The notes beneath the pieces were generated by a model. That model saw nothing but the letters and a program-made list of their open reading frames with translations. It did no database searches and had not been told where the DNA came from. The translations under genes were made by a program, and so were the position numbers. From the NCBI GenBank assembly GCA_965200155.1, contig CBDATR010000031.1, positions 11,321-43,320 of the forward strand: a stretch of DNA of 32,000 nt, written 5' to 3'. The DNA comes from Nitrosopumilaceae archaeon. GTDB taxonomy: Archaea > Thermoproteota > Nitrososphaeria > Nitrososphaerales > Nitrosopumilaceae. The first letter of the stretch is position 1. Every line of letters begins with the position of its first letter. Shown one piece after another: positions 1 to 10,147 of the stretch.

Positions 1-84
1 TCACCTGTGTCTAAATTTACGCACAACTGATCGCGACAGTTAATGTAATTTGTGTATAAGATTCCGGAAGACGTGAACTCATAC
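1..84 (+). repeat. 92-bp MITE, copy clipped by window edge
   Basis: tcacctgtgtctaaatttacgc...gacgtgaactcatac; right flank GAATTAAT (85-92). The homologous uninterrupted site in the IS66 copy near 27.34 kb reads GGAATTAATACC, so GAATTAAT is the expected TSD. Confidence 0.95.
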
Positions 85-1090
85 GAATTAATACCAGCCA
101 GAATAGAGGAGACCCTTCATGTGATAGAAATGGCCACATGTATGTGCGGCAAAAAACAACTGGCTTCAGCAGCGGGCGTCCCAGAGAGTGGTGGTTTTGA
201 GATGTGGTGCCATCACTGCATTGCGTGCGGAAAAGATTCCAATAAAATGCGTACCTGTAATTTCGAGGGATCTCTTCGGCCTGAATATATCGGTGGGTGC
301 GGTAAACAACATAATTGCCAGGGCCGCCGATGCATGTGAATCATTTATGGAAACAATTTATGAGAATATAATAAAATCACCCAGCATTCATGTGGACGAA
401 ACTGGTATATCACTGGCGGGTAAGCGTGGCTGGATATGGGGGATGCGGGCCGAAGAGTGGATGATATACAAAAGTAGGAGTTCATATGTAGTGGACAAAT
501 ACCTGAACGGTCACAATGGAGCGATAGTAACGGACAGGTACGTTGTGTATCGCCGGTTTGATGACGGTGGGAAGCACCATCTGGGCGCATTTATTGCGCG
601 ATACCAGTATATTACATGCAGGATTCTATATTGATCCCGGTGCTCAGGACGCCCGGATCAAACTTGACAACGACCTGAAAGGATTGTTCCGGAGCGCACG
701 TGAATCGCTGCGGGCCGTCCGCGCAATTACGACACTCATTTGAGGCAGGAGCAGATGCATCAGTATTATGATGTTGATGATGCTGAACTACAAAAGAAGG
801 TAAAAGGATTGAATAAGGCCATACCAGGCATGTTCGTATTCCTAGAATATGACGGTGTGGAGCCGACCAACAATCCAGCGGAGCAGTGGAACCGGTTCTG
901 ATACGCAGTGGTATTCCGTAAGATTAGTGGCCAGATAAAGGGTGTAATGCGCCGCATGTCCACATGTGTTCAGAGATGGCGGGCTCAGGGCCTTTCTGTA
1001 ATGAACGAGGTTGCTGCCAGAATGCAATTATAATTAAAAAACTGGGATGCATTCTATCTTATTATGTGATCAAAACACGTGAACTCATAC
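85..1090 (+). pseudogene. IS66-like (tnpC-type) transposase, 3' part of element, degenerate; right end at 1090
   Basis: ORF 188..634 (VVLRCGAITALRAEKIPIKCVPVISRDLFGLNISVGAVNNIIARAADACESFMETI...HVDETGISLAGKRGWIWG) is homologous to ORF 26627..27892; frameshifts and in-frame TGA downstream; ends TGATCAAAACACGTGAACTCATAC. Confidence 0.85.
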
Positions 1091-1118
1091 AAATGGTTAC
1101 CACAAAACCCATTAATTT

Positions 1119-1210
1119 GTATGAGTTCACCTATGTCTAAATTTACGCATAACTGATCGCGACAGTTAATGTGATTTGTGTACAAGATTCCGGAAGACAT
1201 GAACTCATAC
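1119..1210 (+). repeat. 92-bp MITE
   Basis: GTATGAG...CTCATAC, TSD ATTAATTT at 1111-1118 and 1211-1218. Confidence 0.97.
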
Positions 1211-1264
1211 ATTAATTTAGTGGATTTTCTGATAAGTAATATTCGAATTATAATAACACGGAAA

Positions 1265-2372
1265 TTATGGACAGATATTTTTCAAGAATTTCTTGTACCT
1301 GGTATGCTTGTGTATAATGTGTAAATTATGCAACCCGGATACTACGAGATCTTCCCGGAATTCCTCACGACTACCATCATATACCTGACTTAATCTACGA
1401 TATACCTTTGGCATTCGAATTACATGCTCGATTAATATGCGCCTTTTTGATACATATTGGTTGTATTTCCTTTCAGTTTTAGTGAGTGATTCCCTACCCC
1501 TGTATGGAATTATGACCTTTGCGCCGGGTAGGAAGTCTTTCATACCCTGGTATCCTGCATCTGCTATTACTGTTATCTTCTCAGATGGCAGCGTGGTTGA
1601 TTCTTTTAGGGACTTGCCACCGAGGGGAATATCATTCTTGAATATACCATAATCGTGTCTTTTTCCCTCATATACTCCACTGACGTGAATTATCAGTCTT
1701 TTCTTGTTTGATGTTATCTGTACGTTATACGTGTGGGTTTTTTGTTTACCAGAGTACATTGCCTCCTGATTTTTTTCAGGACGTTGTACGCGTACATGTG
1801 TCCCGTCAGTCTTTATCTCCCCTCCGGCTCGACCGGGAACAATTTCCTTAAAGTCGGGTGTTGACTTGATTTGTGATATTGCTTTTGCAACGGTATCGGC
1901 CGTTGGAAGTATCTTGATCAGTCCCTGCTTTGTAAACTGGATGTAACGGCATATGTTTGACTGGTTTATCTTGAGTATTGTAGCAAGAAGCTCCTGCTTT
2001 GTGTTGCAGCGCAGGCGTATCAGTGTAACTAAGAGTACATGCCTAATGGGAAATTTGTTCATGTGGCCACGATCATTTGTAAGTTCTAAGAATCGCCGTG
2101 CATCATCGCCTTCCAGGGACTCTACGTATTCTGTGAATGTGGTTAGTATCCATTTGAACTCTTCCGGGGTGCATCCGGTCAGGGAATGAAGCTGATCCTT
2201 GCGTTCTATGATGTCATCAAGATTTGAAACGAGGGCATTCTTTGTTTGAGCTTCAAGTTTGCCACGCAGGTTTGTTACTTCGGCCTCGGACTCGGTGTGT
2301 AGCCGGTTGTACTCGGTGTAGCCGGTTGTACTCTGTGACTAACTGCTCCTTGGTGAGTTCTGCTTTTAGCAT
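1265..2372 (-). pseudogene. IS5-like (DDE_Tnp_4 type) transposase, N-terminal frameshift
   Basis: ORF 1265..2062 is the C-terminal 265 aa. The upstream frame (...RKDQLHSLTGCTPEEFKWILTTFTEYVESLEGDDARRFLELTNDRGHMNKFPI) is open and joins an ATG at 2372 once a 19-bp tandem duplication is removed (1108-19=1089 bp=363 codons). Confidence 0.85.
2299..2336. repeat. 19-bp tandem duplication within transposase gene
   Basis: gtagccggttgtactcggt / gtagccggttgtactctgt, 18/19 identical, period 19. Confidence 0.85.
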
Positions 2373-2530
2373 ATCTGGTATTACAAAATTAGGTCTTAAC
2401 TTTTCTGTTTCACACGAGTCTGTGTGGGAAAACCCATGATACTAGGTCAATTACTCGTATCTAACAACTTGGTTTAGACGTGCAGTGTGGGAGAAGTGAT
2501 TCTGCGCATACGGTCTAATGCACCATTTTT

Positions 2531-2622
2531 GTATGAGTTCACGTCTTCCGGAATCTTGTGCACAAATCACATTAACTGTCGCGATCAGTTGTGCGTAAAT
2601 TTAGACACAGGTGAACTCATAC
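2531..2622 (-). repeat. 92-bp MITE
   Basis: TSD CCATTTTT at 2523-2530 and 2623-2630. Confidence 0.97.
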
Positions 2623-2736
2623 CCATTTTTTTCACTTGAATCCATGTACCTACTTCTTTACAGCACCACCTTATCATAGATGCGTAACGACAGAGCATGA
2701 TTGGATTGCGCCGGGATAGGGACTCGTATGTGGCTA

Positions 2737-2931
2737 CTATGACTTGTCCTTGTAGTCCTTGAGTTCCTTCTCGCCTTCTATCTTGCCCTTTTCAAACTCT
2801 CCCTTGGCCTTACCAAAGGTGCGGGCCAGCTCCGGTATCTTGCGGGCGCCAAATATGAGTACCACTACTACAACAATGAGTATTATCCACTCCTGACCGG
2901 CAATAAACTGCGCCAAGGCACCAAGCATCAA
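2737..2931 (-). CDS. tatA: Sec-independent protein translocase TatA/TatE family protein
   Basis: 64 aa, single N-terminal TM then amphipathic helix: EWIILIVVVVVLIFGARKIPELARTFGKAKGEFEKG; next to tatC. Confidence 0.92.
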   Translation of the reverse strand: MMLGALAQFIAGQEWIILIVVVVVLIFGARKIPELARTFGKAKGEFEKGKIEGEKELKDYKDKS

Positions 2932-2955
2932 TCTATCATAGACGTCTCATTGAAT

Positions 2956-3732
2956 TTAAATCTTTGATTTTCGCTCTATTACTGCTAGCCCAATTCCATA
3001 CAATGCTAACATGGGCAGTGCGACAAACCACATGGTTATGCCGCTACCATCCGGCGTCACCGCGGCACCAAATATCACTATTATCACTACTGCATACCTG
3101 ATATTCTTGCGCCAAAATTTGGCATCGGTAAAGCCCGCGTATGTAATGGCATACATTACGAGTGGCAGCTGAAAGGACAGGCCAAAAGCCAGGAGAAACT
3201 GTAGTACAAAGGTCACAAAGTCCATTATGTTAAGGAATGTAATCAGACCCGCAGCATCGCCAAATTGGTAGAAGAATTGCAGTATGAATGGCACCACCAC
3301 GATATACGAAAAGACGCACCCCACAACAAAGAGTCCCAATGCAGGCAGGGTGATGGAGCGGGTCGCGTGAATCTCCGCGTCTCTCAGGGCAGGTGTAATG
3401 AATGCCACTGCTTCCCGTATAATTACTGGTATGCTGGCTACTATACCCAGTAATATGGCGATATACACCTGAGAGAAGAAGGCTTGGCCCGGTGCCGTCT
3501 GTATAAGATCAACGCCTGGCGGCACCAGCTGTGCACTCATATGCACGGTTAGCTGTGCGGCCACATTGTCCAGGGGATCCATGACCGGATAGTACAGGGG
3601 AATGCCCCACAGCGAGATGGGTTCTAGGTGCACGCTCATGGTAAAGATGGTGATGGCTGCCACTGCCACGGCTACCCGGAGTATACGACGCCGCAACTCC
3701 TCAAAGTGTGTACCAAAACTGTCAATGGACAT
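2956..3732 (-). CDS. tatC: Sec-independent protein translocase TatC
   Basis: 258 aa, N-terminal HFEELRRRILRVAV motif and six-TM pattern, ...SFQLPLVMYAITYAGF... Confidence 0.95.
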   Translation of the reverse strand: MSIDSFGTHFEELRRRILRVAVAVAAITIFTMSVHLEPISLWGIPLYYPVMDPLDNVAAQLTVHMSAQLVPPGVDLIQTAPGQAFFSQVYIAILLGIVASIPVIIREAVAFITPALRDAEIHATRSITLPALGLFVVGCVFSYIVVVPFILQFFYQFGDAAGLITFLNIMDFVTFVLQFLLAFGLSFQLPLVMYAITYAGFTDAKFWRKNIRYAVVIIVIFGAAVTPDGSGITMWFVALPMLALYGIGLAVIERKSKI

Positions 3733-3762
3733 GATCTGCTGATGTCTGGAATCTTGTCTTTA

Positions 3763-4251
3763 TTATTTGCCCGGAATTGGCAACAATTTGGAGTCTGGCA
3801 GTCCCGCGGCGCGCATGTCATCCTGGCTCATGCCCTCAAACTCCAACGTTATTGTAGGTACGGTATCAAAGGTCTCTGCCATGGAGCGTGCCAGCTCCGC
3901 TATACCTGCGGGATCAAAGAATACCTTGGAGTCTGCCAGAAAGACACGATCTCCCTTGACGGTCTCCTTTCCACCATACCGTTCCCGAAGGTGTCGTGTT
4001 ATCTTTGGCAGTTCCTTGGAGGATATGTGATTGTGATAGTATACGAGTCCGTGAACCGGAGTATAGTCCAGGGGTGTACCGTGGCGATAAGTAAAGATTC
4101 CTATGAATATGGCCTCATCCTCAGGCATTCTTACGCATTTTATGTCCCAGTTTAGCAGTTTGCCTGGATCATATGTGAGATTGTCCATATCATCCGGTGT
4201 CATCTTCCAGTATCGTGCCCTTGCCATATGTTGGTATACAAGTTCGTGCAT
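3763..4251 (-). CDS. conserved hypothetical protein
   Basis: ORF 3763..4377; likely internal start MHELVYQHMARARYWKMTPDDM near 4251. Start uncertain, because the upstream extension is antisense to purS. Confidence 0.6.
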   Translation of the reverse strand: MHELVYQHMARARYWKMTPDDMDNLTYDPGKLLNWDIKCVRMPEDEAIFIGIFTYRHGTPLDYTPVHGLVYYHNHISSKELPKITRHLRERYGGKETVKGDRVFLADSKVFFDPAGIAELARSMAETFDTVPTITLEFEGMSQDDMRAAGLPDSKLLPIPGK

Positions 4252-4294
4252 ATAAAATCCATGGCACAATACAAATATTGAATCATGGTTATTT

Positions 4295-4555
4295 TTGCTT
4301 GTGGAAACCTTTGATGTACTGGTAACAATAGAGAACAAGCCTTCCATAAGTGACCCCGAGGGACAGACCATTCTCAATGACCTTGTTCAGCGGGAGGGTA
4401 CCACTAACATTACACAGATACGGTGTTCCAAGAACCTCAAGTTTACCATATCTTCTGAGAGCCATGATGCCGCTATGGAAGAGGTGCGCCGCATATGTGA
4501 GGAAATGCGCATATACAACCCGCTGGTGAGTCATATACATGTGGTAAAAGTCTAG
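4295..4555 (+). CDS. purS: Phosphoribosylformylglycinamidine synthase subunit PurS-like
   Basis: 86 aa, VETFDVLVTIENKPSISDPEGQTILNDL...ITQIRCSKNLKFTI...MEEVRRICEEMRIYNPLVSHIHV matches the PurS pattern. Confidence 0.8.
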   Translation: MLVETFDVLVTIENKPSISDPEGQTILNDLVQREGTTNITQIRCSKNLKFTISSESHDAAMEEVRRICEEMRIYNPLVSHIHVVKV

Positions 4556-4965
4556 TCAGATTTGGCTATGGTCCCATCAATGAGAAGCTTGTTTCGCAGG
4601 AAGCCCGCTAGGTCCGTCTGGGTTATGACGCCCACTAGTCTACCATTCTCCAGCACCACCAGCCGTCTTATGCGCGCATTCATCATCTTTTGGACTGCCA
4701 CCTCTATCTTTGTGGAGGGTTCCGCAGAGAGAAATGTGGTTGACTGAATTTCTGATACCGAAAACTCTGAAGCCTGTCTGTCTTCCGCGGCTATCTTTCG
4801 AACTATGTCCCGCTCGGTGACTATTCCCAGCGGTATATCCTTGTCTGATATTGTAACTACAAAACTGATATCCTTATCCCGCAACAAGCGGGCCGCGTCC
4901 AGTGCAGAACTGTCTGCCGATATGGTAACTACATTTTGGCCCATTATATCCCGAACACGTGTCAT
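4552..4965 (-). CDS. CBS domain-containing protein
   Basis: 137 aa with two CBS repeats: VRDIMGQNVVTISADSSALDAARLLRDKDISFVVT...GIVTERDIVRKI... / FLSAEPSTKIEVAVQKMMNARIRRLVVLENGRLVGVITQTDL. Confidence 0.93.
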   Translation of the reverse strand: MTRVRDIMGQNVVTISADSSALDAARLLRDKDISFVVTISDKDIPLGIVTERDIVRKIAAEDRQASEFSVSEIQSTTFLSAEPSTKIEVAVQKMMNARIRRLVVLENGRLVGVITQTDLAGFLRNKLLIDGTIAKSD

Positions 4966-5077
4966 AAGTGAGACTATTTGTGACTCCTAAAATATGTTAA
5001 CAGGGTTTGCCGCTCATAATTGCGATTTGTGTCTCTTACTCAAATTATTATGACTCGTCATAGGGTGACTCGTGCAG

Positions 5078-5500
5078 TTACTTGCTGACAGGTGTTGATT
5101 GTGGAGGGTAACCGTGATCATTCAGTATATCCAGTATCTTTTTGGGTAGGGAACAGTAGTCTGCTCCGGGTTCTGCTACCACGTACAGTATGTCATCATC
5201 GAGTCGAAAACTGATTGTAACCGCAAAGCGCCGTGATGCCATGGCAAAGTTGACCGGGCCCAGTTGCCTGTCGAACTCCCGTCGCATGCGCACGCGGAGG
5301 GCCAGCTCCATGAACAGTACCTCATCATCCTTCTCGGTTTCGAGTGGTTTTACGCCTTTCCGCATACCTCCTGCAACCAGTCGCCCGCGCTCATTTATCA
5401 CTCCGGCAAAGCGTATGTCTGGGTCTAAATCCATAACCTTGTTGCACAAACCCGAATGTTGGGACAATTTTGCTGCCAAACCAAACCGTTCTGAGGACAT
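5078..5500 (-). CDS. DUF6659-like conserved archaeal protein (paralog 1)
   Basis: 140 aa; INERGRLVAGGMRKGVKPL pattern shared with ORF 13648..14037 (INKYGRTLAGFIRTGASPL). Confidence 0.7.
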   Translation of the reverse strand: MSSERFGLAAKLSQHSGLCNKVMDLDPDIRFAGVINERGRLVAGGMRKGVKPLETEKDDEVLFMELALRVRMRREFDRQLGPVNFAMASRRFAVTISFRLDDDILYVVAEPGADYCSLPKKILDILNDHGYPPQSTPVSK

Positions 5501-5747
5501 CCTATTATTAGATTTAACTGAGTTGTGGCCGGTAACCGTTTAGGTCGCACCATGCCTTAACCATATGTCCTGATTAATCCAATACATGCCATATGGAAGA
5601 CCCAGAGGTTGAGATTCTGCGGGACAAGTTAGCCAAGGCCATGGCTGAATACAAAAGAAACATCAAGATCAATGAAGAGAAAGATGTGACTATCCGCAGA
5701 TTGTTTGAGTGTAGTCAAAGTATGTGTGGTAAAGACACTGTTAGAAT

Positions 5748-5839
5748 GTATGAGTTCACCTGTGTCTAAATTTACGCATAACTGATCGCGACAGTTAATG
5801 TGATTTGTGCATAAGATTCCGGAAGACGTGAACTCATAC
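5748..5839 (+). repeat. 92-bp MITE
   Basis: TSD GTTAGAAT at 5740-5747 and 5840-5847. Confidence 0.97.
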
Positions 5840-5957
5840 GTTAGAATGTCTAAAAAACTTGTGCAGGATGTGTCACGTATTTAGATCCGACTACAAAAAA
5901 ACACAAAGCGTGTTGAAAGAATTTGAAGAAAAAACCCGTCGCATGCTCAGACTTATG

Positions 5958-6123
5958 AATAGACCTTATGCGCATGATTGACAGTAACAGCCCATGTTGC
6001 TTCAAACTGGGGTGTATTTTATTGCACACAATCAGTCAAGCATGAACAATGTGAATGGTACCTGCCAGCACTAACGTATGCCGTGATTACAAATGCCGTG
6101 CAGTGAGGCGACCGGATCTTGGT
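5958..6123. repeat. Repeat family R2 (copy a)
   Basis: aatagaccttatgcgcatgattgacagtaacagcccatgttgcttcaaactggggtgtatttta...ccggatcttgg; also near 25.90, 29.27 and 29.61 kb. Confidence 0.85.
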
Positions 6124-6265
6124 GTAACAGTTTAGGTCACTCCTAGACAACCGCTCAAAATACACCGCGAACATATCCATTCTTGCCTTTTCTATCATAA
6201 TGTCTCACATATGCCCCCGTATTTATCGTCTAGATGTCTGATTTTTACGCGACCTAAACGGTTAC
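6124..6265. repeat. Inverted-repeat element family R4 (copy a), 142 bp
   Basis: GTAACAGTTTAGGTCAC...GCGACCTAAACGGTTAC terminal inverted repeats; an extra half-site gtgacctaaacggttac at 6273-6289. Confidence 0.8.
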
Positions 6266-6475
6266 GTCGGAAGTGACCTAAACGGTTACGTTAGCCCTCA
6301 TACTGGTGGCAGCTCACACTACGCGCAAGCATTACGGTGCATCACAATATGCTTCAAACTAGGCACCATGAGTTCGTACAAGGAATATGAAATCATACGT
6401 ACTGCCCAGACATATTGTACTGAGAGAATGGTGTCATCCATAAGTCAGACTATACCGTCGGCAAAGGCTCAGCAT

Positions 6476-7576
6476 TTACTGCGTCAGTCTTTTTAGGAGT
6501 GCGTCAAACTCCTGCTCGAAGAGTGGGGGCTCATTCATGATCCGGGTATTCTCCTGTACGTGTGCGGAGCTTTTGTGGCCTGCCAGCGGTGCTAGAACAC
6601 CGGGAGTGGAGCGGACAAATTGCAATGCCCGCATGGCGGCAGTACCCGTTCCAAACTGCGGCAACACGTTTGGTGCCAACAGACGACCCTGCATGAACGG
6701 AACGCTAGTAAACACTCCCAAATCCATCTTTCTTGCCGCCTCCAGGAATGGCACTATATCACCATTAATTGCCTGTGTGGGCTTGCGCAGTGCCTCGTCC
6801 AGGTACATATTATAAGGAAGCTGCACAAAACGGAACCCATGATTTATTCCTGCTGCCTCCCTGGCCATCCCAAGTACCTCCTCTATGGAAAGGTATTGTG
6901 GATCCCCGGCCTCCACCCGAAAGCAGTCCCATGTAGCCATGCCATAATACTTAATGTGGCCGGCGCGACGCTGCTCCTCGTACCATCCAATTATGTCCCG
7001 GAGTCTGGCACGCAGCTCTTTTCCTGAGACATCCTTGTGCTGACCCTCTACAACATTATGCAGGTACATCAGGTCTATACAGTCTACCCCCAGGTTCTGC
7101 AGGCTCTGCTCCAGCTGCGCCCGGAGAAAAGGTATACTCATGCAGTGATAACCGGACGAAATGTCGTTATCTTGTATTATTCCGCGCTTAACATAATTCT
7201 CCCTGATATATGCCCAAAAATCCAGGGGGGAATCCGCATCATTTGTTACATAGCCGTGCTTGGTGCATAGAAATATCTGATCCCGCGATACCATGCCATC
7301 CTGTATCATCCTGGATATGGCCGCGCCCACCGCGCGCTCGGATTTTTGTGCCCGATAGTTTATTGCCGTATCAATTACATTTATGCCCGCTCTCACAGAA
7401 TCTATCACCGCCTGCGTCATCATTTCATCGGTAGTGGCATCCGGCTCCCCAAGGTACGTTCCAACCCCTACATTGGAGAGTGTTAAACCATCAAACTGGC
7501 GATAATTGAGCATATGCGCAGTGGATCTCTCCTGAAATGATCTTGTGCCCTGAGCCGTAGCATAATTTTGTGCCAT
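6476..7576 (-). CDS. aldo/keto reductase family protein
   Basis: 366 aa; LTLSNVGVGTYLG...INVIDTAINYRAQKSERAVGAAI...CVDLIDLMYLHN...FVQLPYN. Confidence 0.9.
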   Translation of the reverse strand: MAQNYATAQGTRSFQERSTAHMLNYRQFDGLTLSNVGVGTYLGEPDATTDEMMTQAVIDSVRAGINVIDTAINYRAQKSERAVGAAISRMIQDGMVSRDQIFLCTKHGYVTNDADSPLDFWAYIRENYVKRGIIQDNDISSGYHCMSIPFLRAQLEQSLQNLGVDCIDLMYLHNVVEGQHKDVSGKELRARLRDIIGWYEEQRRAGHIKYYGMATWDCFRVEAGDPQYLSIEEVLGMAREAAGINHGFRFVQLPYNMYLDEALRKPTQAINGDIVPFLEAARKMDLGVFTSVPFMQGRLLAPNVLPQFGTGTAAMRALQFVRSTPGVLAPLAGHKSSAHVQENTRIMNEPPLFEQEFDALLKRLTQ

Positions 7577-7634
7577 TACTGTACCAGTAATTGTTAGTGA
7601 CCATTATATTCCTGCCCTTTTGGAGCGGGACCCC

Positions 7635-10130
7635 TCATATCAGGAAATATTCCGCATCCGGATGATGCAATATTATGGCAGCAGTAGACTGGTCCGGAAT
7701 TATCTGCCCTGATGCGGACAGCGTCATGCCGGCCTTGTCCGGATGCAGCAGCCTCCATACAAGCTCATGCTGCTCTATGTTTGGACAGCTGGGGTATCCC
7801 CAGCTGTATCTGAGACAACCGGTATCCAGTCCCAGCTCAGTGCGTATTCTTCTGTTATTCCACTCTGCCAGGGCCTCCACAAACTCCACGGCTAGGCCGT
7901 GCAGGTAGTATGCGTCCGTTATTCTGCCTTCCTCGTTCCATTTCGATATAATCTCCTCTGCCCTACTACCTGCACTTACTGCCTGAAATATCACCACGTC
8001 GCTATACTGTTCCTTTCCAAAGTAGTCTGCCATGCACAGTCTCCTAGCTTTCTGAGAGCGGGGAAATGCAAGTCTTGTGTCCCTGTCATCACTGCGGATT
8101 ACCAGCCAGTTGCCGCGACTATGGCACTGAAAGTACCCATACGTAACTGTGGGCGCAAAGAGGGACTCCGCTCTTATCTTTTCCTGCCATTGCAGGTACA
8201 GTCTCTGGTGCTCCTCTGCCTGTTCACGACCGGCCATGCCCCGCAGACCCCAGGACAACTTGAAGAGAGATCTCTGGTCCACCAGTGACCAGACCTGCTG
8301 ATAGTCTATCACATCCTGCAGTATGGTCCGTCCCATGAACGGGGGGCGGGGGGGCTTTACCGCTCTGACATCGCTCTTGGATACCTGGGCAGCCGGGGCA
8401 GCCCTAGTAGGCGGGACATACTTTTCCAGCTTGTTGCGCCACTCCTTTCTCAAAATATCCGGCTCGGACATGAGCCTGTCCATAACCTTCAGTCCGTCGA
8501 ACATGGTATTACAATAAAAGACGCCGGGATCATAGATACCGTTATCGGTGGATATGCGGTTCACGAAACTGGTGTTTATGGCCGCGCCGCCGCACAGTAT
8601 GGGTATGCTCAAATCGTTATCCCTGGCATGATCCACAAAGTGCTTCATCTCCCTGGACGTATTCACCAAGAGCGCCGAGAGTCCTACAGCATCTGCATCA
8701 ACCTCCTGTATCTTGTCCAGGAATCTCTGCATGGGCACCTGCTTGCCCAAGTCGTATACTGCATACCCATTGTTCTGGAATATTGTCTTTACAAGGTTCT
8801 TTCCTATGTCGTGCACATCGCCGTATACGGTACCCAGAACCAGCTTGCCCTTGCTGGCACCCTCCTTCTTTAGCAGATACTTTTCCAGCTCCGATACCGC
8901 ACTCTTCATACATTCCGCGGATTTCAGTACAAAGGGCAGTATTATCTCACCTGCGCCGAATCTGTCCCCTACCGTCTTCATGGCGGGGAGGAGTGACTCG
9001 TTCAATACCTGGATGGCTGCGGGATGCGTTTGCTGTAATGGCGCCTGTATTTGGCCGTCCTGAATTACTGTATCCCCGTCCATGTTGGCGTGTATGGCCT
9101 GCACTACCTCCCTCTCGATTCCCTCCAGTATGCGATTTACAATCATATAGTTGGCCTTCTTGGATGCGGGCCATGCGGGGTCGATTGTGGGCTTTGCTGC
9201 GCCAGGTCCCTCGGAGCTTAGTCCCTCAAATACGTCCAGGAGTTTGGCCAGGGCGTCCGGCCGCCTGTTCAGTACCAAATCATCGGCAGCACGTTTCTGC
9301 GTTAGCGGTATGTTGGCGTATGGTATGATATCTGTGGGGTTCACTATTACGCAGTCCAGGCCAGCCTGAACTGCATGATAAAAGAATACGGAGTTTATCA
9401 CTTTGCGGGGATAGGGATCCAGTCCGAAACTGACATTGCTCAGGCCCAGAACCGTATATGACTGGGGAAATCTCTCCTTGATGAGCCGTATTCCTTCTAT
9501 GGTCTGGTTGGCCGAGTCAAGAAACTCATCCTCGCCTGTAGCCAGGGTGAATGTGAGTGGATCAAATATGTACTGCCACTCTTGTAAATCATACTTTTTG
9601 CCTGTCTCTACCAGTAATTCTGCCGTACTCATCTTCTGCCTTGCGGTCTTGGTCATGCCCTGCGGTCCTATACACATGGCTATGGCGGGCAGTCCGTACT
9701 TTTTCATTACCGGGGCAATGCCGGAGAATCGGCTCCCGTCCCCCTCCAGATTAATCGAGTTTATGATGGGCTTGCCGGGTATATGACGTACCGCGGCCTC
9801 TATAACTACTGGATCTGTCGAGTCTATGACTAATGGTGTCTCCACCTCCAGGCTTAGCTGCTTTACCAGTTTCACCATGAACTCCTTCTCGTCTGCGCGC
9901 TCAGTAACGGCGACACACACATCAAGACAGTGGGCCCCGCCCTGGGCTTGGTCGCGGGCTATATCCACTAATCCCTCGTAATCATCTGCCAGAATGAGGC
10001 GCTTGGCCTTGCGGGAGCCTGCCGCATTTACCCGCTCACCTATTATGAGTGGGGCCGGTCTCTGGCGCAGCGATATGGTGCGCATAGCCGAGCTCACTAG
10101 AGGAATCATGGGTTGTGTGTGCATTACCAA
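7635..10130 (-). CDS. metH: Methionine synthase (MetH-type) lacking the homocysteine-binding domain: pterin-binding + B12 cap/B12-binding + reactivation domain
   Basis: 831 aa; N-term PLIIGERVNAAGSRKAKR (pterin-binding), B12 motif GDVHDIGKNLV, C-term YFGKEQYSDVVIFQAVSAG...LRYSWGYPSCPN. Confidence 0.9.
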   Translation of the reverse strand: MVMHTQPMIPLVSSAMRTISLRQRPAPLIIGERVNAAGSRKAKRLILADDYEGLVDIARDQAQGGAHCLDVCVAVTERADEKEFMVKLVKQLSLEVETPLVIDSTDPVVIEAAVRHIPGKPIINSINLEGDGSRFSGIAPVMKKYGLPAIAMCIGPQGMTKTARQKMSTAELLVETGKKYDLQEWQYIFDPLTFTLATGEDEFLDSANQTIEGIRLIKERFPQSYTVLGLSNVSFGLDPYPRKVINSVFFYHAVQAGLDCVIVNPTDIIPYANIPLTQKRAADDLVLNRRPDALAKLLDVFEGLSSEGPGAAKPTIDPAWPASKKANYMIVNRILEGIEREVVQAIHANMDGDTVIQDGQIQAPLQQTHPAAIQVLNESLLPAMKTVGDRFGAGEIILPFVLKSAECMKSAVSELEKYLLKKEGASKGKLVLGTVYGDVHDIGKNLVKTIFQNNGYAVYDLGKQVPMQRFLDKIQEVDADAVGLSALLVNTSREMKHFVDHARDNDLSIPILCGGAAINTSFVNRISTDNGIYDPGVFYCNTMFDGLKVMDRLMSEPDILRKEWRNKLEKYVPPTRAAPAAQVSKSDVRAVKPPRPPFMGRTILQDVIDYQQVWSLVDQRSLFKLSWGLRGMAGREQAEEHQRLYLQWQEKIRAESLFAPTVTYGYFQCHSRGNWLVIRSDDRDTRLAFPRSQKARRLCMADYFGKEQYSDVVIFQAVSAGSRAEEIISKWNEEGRITDAYYLHGLAVEFVEALAEWNNRRIRTELGLDTGCLRYSWGYPSCPNIEQHELVWRLLHPDKAGMTLSASGQIIPDQSTAAIILHHPDAEYFLI

Positions 10131-10147
10131 TTATTATACTGTGAAAC

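Noticed and set aside
3265-4155. Plus-strand ORFs 3265..3453 and 3628..4155
   Set aside because: Antisense to tatC and the 3763-4251 gene; composition looks like shadow ORFs.
8783-9328. 181-aa plus-strand ORF 8783..9328 and other ORFs antisense to metH
   Set aside because: The opposite strand encodes a clear MetH-type protein; these are typical shadow ORFs in higher-GC coding DNA.
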